Assembly: GCA_035651455.1 (NCBI GenBank) | Contig: DASRFR010000013.1 | Coordinates: 29,741 to 93,740, forward strand | DNA length: 64,000 nt | DNA from: Terriglobales bacterium | GTDB taxonomy: Bacteria; Acidobacteriota; Terriglobia; Terriglobales; Acidobacteriaceae | Direction: 5' to 3' | Shown here: positions 57,234 through 64,000 of the stretch, in pieces | Layout: each line of letters begins with the position of its first letter | Numbering within the stretch: position 1 is the stretch's first letter | The notes under the pieces: generated by a model | Databases searched by the model: none | What the model was told of the DNA's origin: nothing | The model's input: only the letters and a program-made list of their open reading frames with translations | Position numbers and translations under genes: made by a program

Positions 57234-57249
57234 TGTTCCACGTGGAACA
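57234..57249. promoter_or_regulatory. parS centromere site (perfect palindrome)
   Basis: TGTTCCACGTGGAACA. Confidence 0.8.
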
Positions 57250-57549
57250 TCAGAACAGATTCGCGGCCGAGCCCCGCGTGCGCGGCTTGGTCCTCAAAGC
57301 GCAACGTGCCCGCGGGGCGTCCCGTCGTAATTACAGCGAACGCAAAGTAGCCATTGAACCAATGAATACCACAAGGGCGATTCCATCAAGTAATCTATCC
57401 CACTTTTTCTGTTAAAGGACGCCTTTGGCACGCGTCTACTGCGGTACGGGACATGGTGTGTCCCACCCGTTAACCAGTAGTGTCCCCCCGTCTAATTGCG
57501 CTGCACAGCACTCCCACTCCTCTGAATATCGCCTGAAGGCGGCGAACGA

Positions 57550-57565
57550 TGTTCCACGTGGAACG
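57550..57565. promoter_or_regulatory. parS centromere site (one mismatch)
   Basis: TGTTCCACGTGGAACG, located 5 nt beyond the rsmG stop codon. Confidence 0.7.
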
Positions 57566-57569
57566 TTAG

Positions 57570-58430
57570 TCAGGAACGTGGAGAATAACCAAGCAAGAGG
57601 CAGCGAGTAGAGGAGAGGGGTAGGGGGGAGGGGGGTGCCCACTCGAAATCTGGGAGGAGCATGCGCGGGACCGAGGCCTGTTTCTCTCCGATCAGCAGAC
57701 ACAGGCGCCCGCCAGGAGCGACCAGGGTGCCAGCAACCGGAAGAATTGACTCGAACCTCTCGACGGCGCGAAGAGTGACCATGTCGGCGAGACGCGAAGG
57801 GTTCGTGGAGATCGACGCGCCAGATGAAGCGTAATCCTCTGCGCGACCGACGAATACGTTGCAGTTAACCAGGTTCAGGTGGCGGATGACTTCTCGAAGG
57901 AATGTCGCCTTCTTATGGTTGGATTCGATCAGCATGACATGAATCGCGGGCGCCCAAATCTTGATGGGCAGGCCGGGAAACCCTGGGCCGGAGCCGACGT
58001 CGATCAGCAGAGGCACGTTCGATCCGCGATTTTCGGATTGAACGGGCGAGAGCGGGGAAGATGTTCCCACTACAGCAGGAAACAAGTGCTCGGCGGCGAA
58101 GAGGGATTCGCCAAAGTGTCGCGTCACGATACTTTCCGGATCGCGCACCGCGGTAAGATTCATGCGCGCGTTCCAGTGCAAAAGTATATCGATGTACATC
58201 GATATAGCAGAAAGCTGTGACTGCGACAAAGCGGCCGATTTACGGTCCCGCGGAGCCGCGCCGGCGTCCCCGAGGGGAGCTTCGCGAGAGGGAACTCCGG
58301 TTTCCAGAAACGGGCGCAAAAGTTCGCTGATGCGGGACTGCTCCACGCAGCGATTGTACGGTAAGGCAAGCGTCCGACCATCAATGCCAGCCGACGCATC
58401 CGCGGCTAGGGAACTGGTATCAGCGGTCAT
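57570..58430 (-). CDS. rsmG: 16S rRNA (guanine527-N7)-methyltransferase RsmG (GidB) with an N-terminal extension
   Basis: It has ...[13 protein letters not shown]...I..RHF.ESL... and the SAM motif [16 protein letters not shown]. The rsmG-parA-parB order is conserved. Confidence 0.85.
   Translation of the reverse strand: MTADTSSLAADASAGIDGRTLALPYNRCVEQSRISELLRPFLETGVPSREAPLGDAGAAPRDRKSAALSQSQLSAISMYIDILLHWNARMNLTAVRDPESIVTRHFGESLFAAEHLFPAVVGTSSPLSPVQSENRGSNVPLLIDVGSGPGFPGLPIKIWAPAIHVMLIESNHKKATFLREVIRHLNLVNCNVFVGRAEDYASSGASISTNPSRLADMVTLRAVERFESILPVAGTLVAPGGRLCLLIGEKQASVPRMLLPDFEWAPPSPLPLSSTRCLLLGYSPRS
58185..58206. repeat. perfect 22-bp palindrome inside the rsmG coding sequence
   Basis: TATATCGATGTACATCGATATA equals its own reverse complement. 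It encodes ...ISMYIDI... of RsmG. Confidence 0.9.
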
Positions 58431-58555
58431 TGGGGGTAAGGATTCCTAAGATCGACGCTGCAAGCGGAACTCAGCTTCAGGATGGCAGTGACCGGAGTAA
58501 CAAAAGCGGCCGCATAAAGCTGCTCCTGGGCGGCCCGGCGGACGATAGGCGAAAT

Positions 58556-59482
58556 GTGAGGCTTCGTGTCCCAGTACTACTCAGGCTGACTGCCTTCCTC
58601 CTTTTATTCCTGGCGCCGTGCCGGTGCGCGTTCTTGCGAGCTGGGGACCTGCCGGAAGCTACCTTCCGGAGCACTGTCGCCGAGGTTCAACTGACATTCT
58701 TTTCCGCCGACGAGCGGCAGCGAACGGTTTCCGATCTGAAAGCCCAGGATTTTGCAATTGTCGACAATGAGAATGTCGTCAGAAACTTCCGAAGCTTTAT
58801 GGGGCGAGACCTAACGAAGGTACGGGTCGTGATCCTCGTCGATTCAAGCGAGTCGGTCAGGCCGCGATACCACCAGGAGATCAGAGAAGTGCTGCGGCTG
58901 ATCGGCGGGACGTCGTGGATTAGCGGGGACAGCATATCTGTGCTGGCGTTCAGCGGCACACAGTTGGAGAAGCTGTGCCACGGCAACTGTCGCGAGCACC
59001 TGAGCAGTAGCGACGAGATAAAGATGCGCGCCCAGGGAACCACCCCGCTCTATGACGCGCTGGTGAGAGGAGCGGAGGCCGTCTCGAAGGAGCACGATCC
59101 CGGCCTAATGCGGGTGATGATCGTCTTCTCCGACGGTGTGGACACTATAAGCCTGCGGAGCGTCAACGAAGTCTTGGACGCGAGCCGATCAAGGGAACTG
59201 CAGATCTATGCTGTCGACGTGAACGAAACGGGCAGCCAGCCGGAAGGCAGCGCCATGTTGCACGCTCTGGCGGAAGCGACCGGAGGCCGTTACTTTCCAA
59301 AACAGGAGGCCGCTGTGGGCGTGCTCCAAGGCATGCTGGAGGACCTGCACGCGGCATATGTGGTGACATATGTCCCGCCCGAGCGCAGCCCCGGTACGCA
59401 CCGCGTGCGCATTCTGCCGACACACAACCTAAATTTTCATTTCCGCTGCCGCAGCAGCTATGAATACGACCGCAATCCTTAG
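58556..59482 (+). CDS. VWA domain protein (acidobacterial VWFA-related type), secreted
   Basis: The MIDAS-like motif is VILVDSSESV. The upstream beta-rich segment VQLTFFSADERQRTVSDLKAQDFAIVDN is typical of that family. The GTG at 58556 gives a signal-peptide N-terminus, while the ORF-track TTG at 58430 would abut rsmG. Confidence 0.75.
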   Translation: MRLRVPVLLRLTAFLLLFLAPCRCAFLRAGDLPEATFRSTVAEVQLTFFSADERQRTVSDLKAQDFAIVDNENVVRNFRSFMGRDLTKVRVVILVDSSESVRPRYHQEIREVLRLIGGTSWISGDSISVLAFSGTQLEKLCHGNCREHLSSSDEIKMRAQGTTPLYDALVRGAEAVSKEHDPGLMRVMIVFSDGVDTISLRSVNEVLDASRSRELQIYAVDVNETGSQPEGSAMLHALAEATGGRYFPKQEAAVGVLQGMLEDLHAAYVVTYVPPERSPGTHRVRILPTHNLNFHFRCRSSYEYDRNP

Positions 59483-59499
59483 AATCAAGAGAGGACGGA

Positions 59500-59952
59500 A
59501 TGAAAAGCGCATGCTTGCTACTCGTCGTGATTATGACCTGTGCGAACGGGACCGCGGCAGACAAGAAATATCAGCATGGCACGATTGTGCGGATGCGCAT
59601 GAGCGAGTGCACCGGGGCTGCGCATGGGCTCATGGCGGCACTTTCGGGCGCGCCGCCGGTCAACAATAACGAGACATGTCCGGAATACACCCTGGTCAGC
59701 GACAAGGTGGTGTACAGGATTGTGGGGAAAACCTCAAGCGAACTGATCGGACTGGCGGAGCAGACAAATTTTCGCTTTAAAGACAAAGAAATGCTGGTTC
59801 TGACCGAAGATGAGCGCCACGAAGTAGGCTTCCGCATCCGCGAGATGATGTTGCGGGCGGACTGGGATCGGGAGCAGCAGCGCAGCCAGGACACGTCCGC
59901 ATGGCTGCGGCGGCACGTGCAAGCGGCAGCCGGACTGGCGAACGAGCAGTAG
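59500..59952 (+). CDS. small secreted hypothetical protein
   Basis: 150 aa with the signal peptide MKSACLLLVVIMTCANG. It starts 18 nt after the VWA gene. Confidence 0.5.
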   Translation: MKSACLLLVVIMTCANGTAADKKYQHGTIVRMRMSECTGAAHGLMAALSGAPPVNNNETCPEYTLVSDKVVYRIVGKTSSELIGLAEQTNFRFKDKEMLVLTEDERHEVGFRIREMMLRADWDREQQRSQDTSAWLRRHVQAAAGLANEQ

Positions 59953-60003
59953 GACCTTCCTCAGCGTGAGTAGCTGACCCGACGTACAATTGCTAGTGCG
60001 GCG

Positions 60004-60432
60004 ATGTCGATCACGGTCAAACGTGTCTACAAAAAGCCTGCCCCGGCGGACGGGACGAGAATTCTTGTCGACCGGCTCTGGCCGTGCGGACTAAGCAAGA
60101 GCAGCGCCGCCATCGATCACTGGCTGCGCGATCTTGCGCCATCCGACGAGCTGCGAACCTGGTTCCACAGCAATCCAGGCGCATGGGTGGCGTTTCGGAA
60201 GCGCTATTTCAAGGAACTGGCACGCGAAGCGGCGGCCAGCAACCTGGAACAACTTCATCAATTAGCCGAGAAGCGCAACGTTACACTTGTGTTCGCGTCG
60301 CGCAACGAAACGCATAACAACGCCATTGTGCTGAAGGAATTCCTGGAAGGGATGCGTAAACCGCCCACGGGCACGGGCCCTGCTGCGGCCAAAGGCACCG
60401 GGCCACGGCAGGCGGCGCGACGCCCGAGATAA
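60004..60432 (+). CDS. DUF488 family protein (YeaO-like)
   Basis: VKRVY..P...DG.RILVDRLWP.G.SK......W...LAPS.ELR.WF is the DUF488 signature. Confidence 0.75.
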   Translation: MSITVKRVYKKPAPADGTRILVDRLWPCGLSKSSAAIDHWLRDLAPSDELRTWFHSNPGAWVAFRKRYFKELAREAAASNLEQLHQLAEKRNVTLVFASRNETHNNAIVLKEFLEGMRKPPTGTGPAAAKGTGPRQAARRPR

Positions 60433-60524
60433 TACCCAAACAAGTCCAAAAGCAGAATTATTGGGCGTGGTTATGGCACTCGAACAGATCACCCTTAGGG
60501 TGAGTTCCAGGCGGGGAGTTTCTC

Positions 60525-61322
60525 GTGGTGCTTCGTCCCATCGATGAATTGCAGGCCAGCGTTGCCGCGTCACACCGATGCGTACCGGCATTCGGCGCAG
60601 TGGAAGCGCGGCAGATGCAGCCGTCTTCCGAATGGTGGCTGATTGCGCAGCCCGATCATGCCGCGCTGGCAGGAGACCTGGCCGCGGCGTTTGCGTGGGG
60701 CGGTTTTCCAAAGCTCGGACGGGATGTGTTGCAGGCAATTGCTCTGCACGATGCTGGATGGGCGCACTTTGATAACGGCGCCAGCGAGCGAGACCGAGGC
60801 GACGCGGCACCCAAGAAGCGTCCCGTTTCATTCCTGGAGATTGGACCTGTTAATTTTCTGCGTGCTTGGCTGCAATCGATTGAGCGCGCGGAGCAGAGTT
60901 CAGCGATTGGCGGTGTCCTGGTCAGTGAGCACTTCTCACGCCTGGCAAGCAGCCGATTGCAGCGCGGTGGAGACGAGCCCAGGGACGTGGTTCGGCTGCA
61001 AGAGTTTTTGTCCAAAGAGGAATCGCGACGGCAAGCATTGGGAAGAGCGGTGACATATTCTCAAGCTGAGATTCGGAGACTGGTGGACGTCCTCCAATTC
61101 TGCGACTTGCTGTCGCTGTACCTGTGCTCCGGCCCCCGGGAAACTGTCGAGTTCCCGCAGCAATTTTCCGGCGAAACGATTCGCGTGTCGCGGGACGGCG
61201 ATTATTACCGGAGCAAGCCTGCGATCTTTGGCTCGGGGGTTAGCCTGGGCGTGTGTGCGCGACGATATCCGCACTTGCCGGCCGGGCTGAATGGCGCGAC
61301 CATTCCCTTCCTGCTGAGCTGA
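60525..61322 (+). CDS. hypothetical protein, possibly DUF3891-like
   Basis: GTG start preceded by GGGGAG. WWLIAQPDHAALAGDLA...AIALHDAGW resembles what I recall of DUF3891. This is a weak assignment. Confidence 0.45.
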   Translation: MVLRPIDELQASVAASHRCVPAFGAVEARQMQPSSEWWLIAQPDHAALAGDLAAAFAWGGFPKLGRDVLQAIALHDAGWAHFDNGASERDRGDAAPKKRPVSFLEIGPVNFLRAWLQSIERAEQSSAIGGVLVSEHFSRLASSRLQRGGDEPRDVVRLQEFLSKEESRRQALGRAVTYSQAEIRRLVDVLQFCDLLSLYLCSGPRETVEFPQQFSGETIRVSRDGDYYRSKPAIFGSGVSLGVCARRYPHLPAGLNGATIPFLLS

Positions 61323-61408
61323 AGCACGTGACCGCCGACCAAGACCCGGGTACGCGCCGATCTGCAACACTTCAAGCCAGGGCGACTACTGGAGTTTAAC
61401 GAAGCGAG

Positions 61409-62167
61409 TTATATGCCGGCGTACCAGGCGTAACCGCCTTCTGGTGATGCCGAGCCAAGGCCTTTTCCGAAGCGCTTCATGGAATCTGTAACTGTCAATC
61501 GAGTGATGAATTTAACGCTTTTGTAGCCGAGCTGGCGAGGCACCCGCAGACGCAACGGGCCGCCGAAGGACACTGGAAGGTCTTCGCCGTTCATGGCATA
61601 GGTGACGAGAGTCTGCGGATGCCGCGCATCCGCCATGTCGATGCTCTCCCACCATTCAGGGTCGATGGAGTAGTAAACGATGTATCGGGCTTGCGGCAGG
61701 ATCCCGCACGCGTTGAGAACGTCAACCAAAGGCGTTCCAATCCACTCAGCAATATAGGACCAACCTTCTTCGCACACTACCTCAGTGATCTGGCTGCGGA
61801 CGGGAAGACTCTTGAGATCAGATAGCGACAGCGATGCGGGTTGGGTGACCATCCCATCGACAGAAAGCCGCCAGTCGGCGAACCCGCTTGCCTGGTGGTG
61901 TTTGAACGCATCGTTCAGCGGTGGAGTTTCGTTGGGGAACGGGACCTTGGAAATCATGCTGCGGGGAAACTCCCGCGCGAGTGAATGTCTGGTCAGCAGG
62001 CGCTGCGCCGCATAAGTAAGGGTTTCGCCGGGACCGTACATTCCGCCGCTGTCAGGTGGGATGAGCCCATAGCGCCGGGCCAAGCCAGCGGCCGCGGCCA
62101 GTCCCGACACGCCCGCGGTAGCGGCAAGACCAGCGGTCACGAACTTGCGGCGTGAAATTTTGCTCAT
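61409..62167 (-). CDS. molybdopterin-dependent oxidoreductase (sulfite oxidase/YedY-MsrP fold) with a Tat signal
   Basis: The N-terminus is MSKISRRKFVTAGLAATAG. The family core is ...EVVCEEGWS...GGPLRLRVP...GYKSVKF. Confidence 0.8.
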   Translation of the reverse strand: MSKISRRKFVTAGLAATAGVSGLAAAAGLARRYGLIPPDSGGMYGPGETLTYAAQRLLTRHSLAREFPRSMISKVPFPNETPPLNDAFKHHQASGFADWRLSVDGMVTQPASLSLSDLKSLPVRSQITEVVCEEGWSYIAEWIGTPLVDVLNACGILPQARYIVYYSIDPEWWESIDMADARHPQTLVTYAMNGEDLPVSFGGPLRLRVPRQLGYKSVKFITRLTVTDSMKRFGKGLGSASPEGGYAWYAGI

Positions 62168-62205
62168 GCACGCTCCTCCATATGTGCTACTGGCGTAAGG
62201 TGCTG

Positions 62206-62928
62206 CTAGCCTGAACTGGCATTGCCGGTAATCATCGCCCGCATGCGGCTCGTGAATCCGGCGAGGACCACCATGGCCACGTGAACGACGAGGAACAGCA
62301 TGAGCAATACGGCAACGAAAAAATGGAGCGTGCGCGCGGATTGCCGTCCTCCTAGCACATTGACAGCTGCAGGGACTGCGGAATTGAAGCCGGGCGATAA
62401 AGCAAGCCCCGTCCAGATCACGAGAGGAAACAAGACGAAGATGACGATCAGGTATGTGGTCCGCTGCACGACATTGTAGGAAGAAGCTTCGGTTTGGTCA
62501 GGCCGTTTGAAGTGAATGTGCTTCATCATGGCGCGCAAGAACGATGCCCACGTCCGCTCAGTCGGGGCAGGAAACAGGTTGCTGCGGAAGTGACCAGTCC
62601 ACAAGCCCCATATGACATAGACCATGCCGGTTAGGACCGCAGCCCATGCGGCCTGGAAGTGGAGAGCCCGGCTCCAACCATTCTGATCGGGCATCACGTA
62701 GCCGTAGCCAGTGGGGACCAGATTTCTGGAAGCGGGGATCGGTATTTTGAACAGCGGAGTGGTGAGGTCACTGCCAGTTTCACCCCAATAGAAACGCGGG
62801 TGAGAGATCACGATCTCCGCTCCCGTAATAAGCAGAGCCAGGAAAGCGAAAGCGGTGATCCAGTGGGTTATGCGCACAAAGCCAGCATGCCGGGGTCGGT
62901 TCGAGTTCAGCAACGCAGCGTCGCGCAC
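62206..62928 (-). CDS. b-type cytochrome membrane subunit (Ni/Fe-hydrogenase cytochrome b / cytochrome b561-like)
   Basis: It has RITHWITAFAFLALLITG and four TM helices with conserved His residues. It is upstream of and co-oriented with the Mo enzyme. Confidence 0.75.
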   Translation of the reverse strand: MRDAALLNSNRPRHAGFVRITHWITAFAFLALLITGAEIVISHPRFYWGETGSDLTTPLFKIPIPASRNLVPTGYGYVMPDQNGWSRALHFQAAWAAVLTGMVYVIWGLWTGHFRSNLFPAPTERTWASFLRAMMKHIHFKRPDQTEASSYNVVQRTTYLIVIFVLFPLVIWTGLALSPGFNSAVPAAVNVLGGRQSARTLHFFVAVLLMLFLVVHVAMVVLAGFTSRMRAMITGNASSG

Positions 62929-62990
62929 GGCGGAAATATAGCACGTCCAGGGAAACTGGCGAGCTTTTCCGGGATTGGGGCCGAACGCAA

Positions 62991-64000
62991 CTAGCGGTCG
63001 TTTACGATGGCTTGCACCAGTTGGTCGATAGTGTCTTTCATTCGGTTCTCGGGCAGGTTGAAGTTGTTCGACAGGATAGAGAAAGCGACTTGCTGTCCAG
63101 TGGCGGTGGTGGCGTAACCGGACAGAGCTTTCACGCCGCCGAGGGATCCGGTTTTGGCATAGACGCGGCCCTGCAAGGGTGTATTCACAAAACGGTCAGC
63201 AAGCGATCCATCGACCCCAGCCACCGGAAACGTCCCGCGATAAATGCCTCCCCACGGTTGGGTGCTGGCGTAGCGCAGCAGTTTCACAACCGCATGCGGG
63301 CTGACCAGGTTTTGGCGGGACAGGCCGGAGCCGTCGTAGAGCAAGTATTCGTCGGTGGTAATTCCCGCCTGATTTAGAAAGCCGCGCAGCACTTCCAGGC
63401 CGCCTTCGATAGTTCCGGCGGTGCCTTTCTCACGTCCCAACAAGCGCAGCAGAAGTTCCGCGTGCAGGTTCTGGCTGACTTTATTGATGACGCGCACATC
63501 CTCGATGAGAGGCTTGGAATCGTAGCTGGCAAGCACGATGGGTTGAGTGGCAGGCAAGGGGCGGAGCTGTCCGCCTTCACTGCCACGCGATGGAGCCAGG
63601 GCGGTGATGGTCAGGGTCGAGAAGCTGGCCAACTCTGTATGGCGCGTGCGATCTTTTCCATAAATCGCAACGCCGCGCTTCTCGAGCAACTGGCGAAACA
63701 GCTGGGCGGCAAATTGCGCTGGGTCCTCGATGGCAAGAGCTTCGTCCGCACCCTGATCGTTGATGGGCATGTTGCCCCACAGCGTAAGCACGGTAGAACC
63801 GGGATCGCGGTTGATGAAGATCTTGCGGCCCGTGCCGGCGGGCGTGGTGATGATGCGGTTATCGATGTGGTAGTAGCCGGCGAACGGAGTGATGCCTACG
63901 AACGCGCGTTCTCCCGGGCGGTCAGCAGGAAGGATGTTGACGAAGACAACATTGTCATTGACGGTAAGCGCGGAAACCGGAGCTCCATCGGCCCAGACCA
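62991..64000 (-). CDS. dacB: D-alanyl-D-alanine carboxypeptidase/endopeptidase PBP4 (peptidase S13), C-terminal part; the gene continues beyond the window
   Basis: The frame is open to the 3' edge. It has the KTG box (YAKTGSL) and the family-typical C-terminus ...AFSILSNNF. Confidence 0.8.
   Translation of the reverse strand, partial: VWADGAPVSALTVNDNVVFVNILPADRPGERAFVGITPFAGYYHIDNRIITTPAGTGRKIFINRDPGSTVLTLWGNMPINDQGADEALAIEDPAQFAAQLFRQLLEKRGVAIYGKDRTRHTELASFSTLTITALAPSRGSEGGQLRPLPATQPIVLASYDSKPLIEDVRVINKVSQNLHAELLLRLLGREKGTAGTIEGGLEVLRGFLNQAGITTDEYLLYDGSGLSRQNLVSPHAVVKLLRYASTQPWGGIYRGTFPVAGVDGSLADRFVNTPLQGRVYAKTGSLGGVKALSGYATTATGQQVAFSILSNNFNLPENRMKDTIDQLVQAIVNDR

Noticed and set aside
57103-57415. 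Small ORFs (75 aa and 60 aa) inside the parS spacer
   Set aside because: They have no RBS, and the products are Arg-rich and low-complexity. The reading frames run straight through the parS palindromes. They are most likely non-coding.
56842-57569. Possible oriC in the long rsmG-parA spacer
   Set aside because: I found no good DnaA boxes; the closest is CTATCCCAC, and the rest are just the TTCCAC cores of parS. There is no AT-rich unwinding element and no dnaA or dnaN nearby. The parS array explains the conserved palindromes.
58430-58555. TTG start at 58430 for the VWA gene, abutting the rsmG start codon
   Set aside because: The first 42 residues have no signal-like or conserved character. 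The GTG at 58556 gives a proper signal peptide and leaves a divergent promoter region, so it is preferred. This is not proven.

Overview
This is a visibly GC-rich bacterial chromosomal segment (GC not computed). I call about 60 protein genes and one tRNA-Gln, and I saw no rRNA, CRISPR array, IS element or integrase. An acidobacterial-type VWFA protein, a HAF-repeat protein, several DinB-fold proteins and many small secreted proteins suggest Acidobacteriota; that assignment is inference only.

Most of the window is housekeeping:
- GDP-mannose block manA-manC-phosphomannomutase, then an M48 protease, kdsB and HU.
- Glyoxylate shunt aceB-aceA with a divergent LysR regulator.
- The conserved string ispE, tRNA-Gln, prs, ctc, pth, rpsF, rpsR, rplI.
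- tldD/pmbA; a yacL-like PIN/TRAM gene with ispD and ispF; hemB-lipB.
- An orphan histidine kinase, mutS2, an amidase, and a Mo-oxidoreductase with a cytochrome b.
- PBP4, running off the 3' edge.
- An origin-type rsmG-parA-parB locus.

I found no clear multi-gene novel system. The points most worth a second look are:
1. selD has an in-frame UGA exactly at the catalytic Cys position, with a hairpin directly downstream. The ORF track truncates this gene.
2. Five parS palindromes lie in the 730-bp rsmG-parA spacer. A separate 22-bp palindrome family (TATATCGATGTACATCGATATA) flanks parA.
3. A phage-type DUF1376 plus DnaC/DnaI-like helicase-loader pair sits with no other phage genes, followed by a truncated Cho-like UvrC homologue and a DinB gene.
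4. A 518-aa orphan protein has a C-terminal PD-(D/E)xK (NucS-like) motif.
5. A HisC-like PLP aminotransferase carries a twin-arginine export signal.
6. A small decaying islet holds a frameshifted AAC(6')-like gene and a Ser/Thr kinase remnant.

All functional calls come from reading the translations and recalling family motifs. No database search was run.
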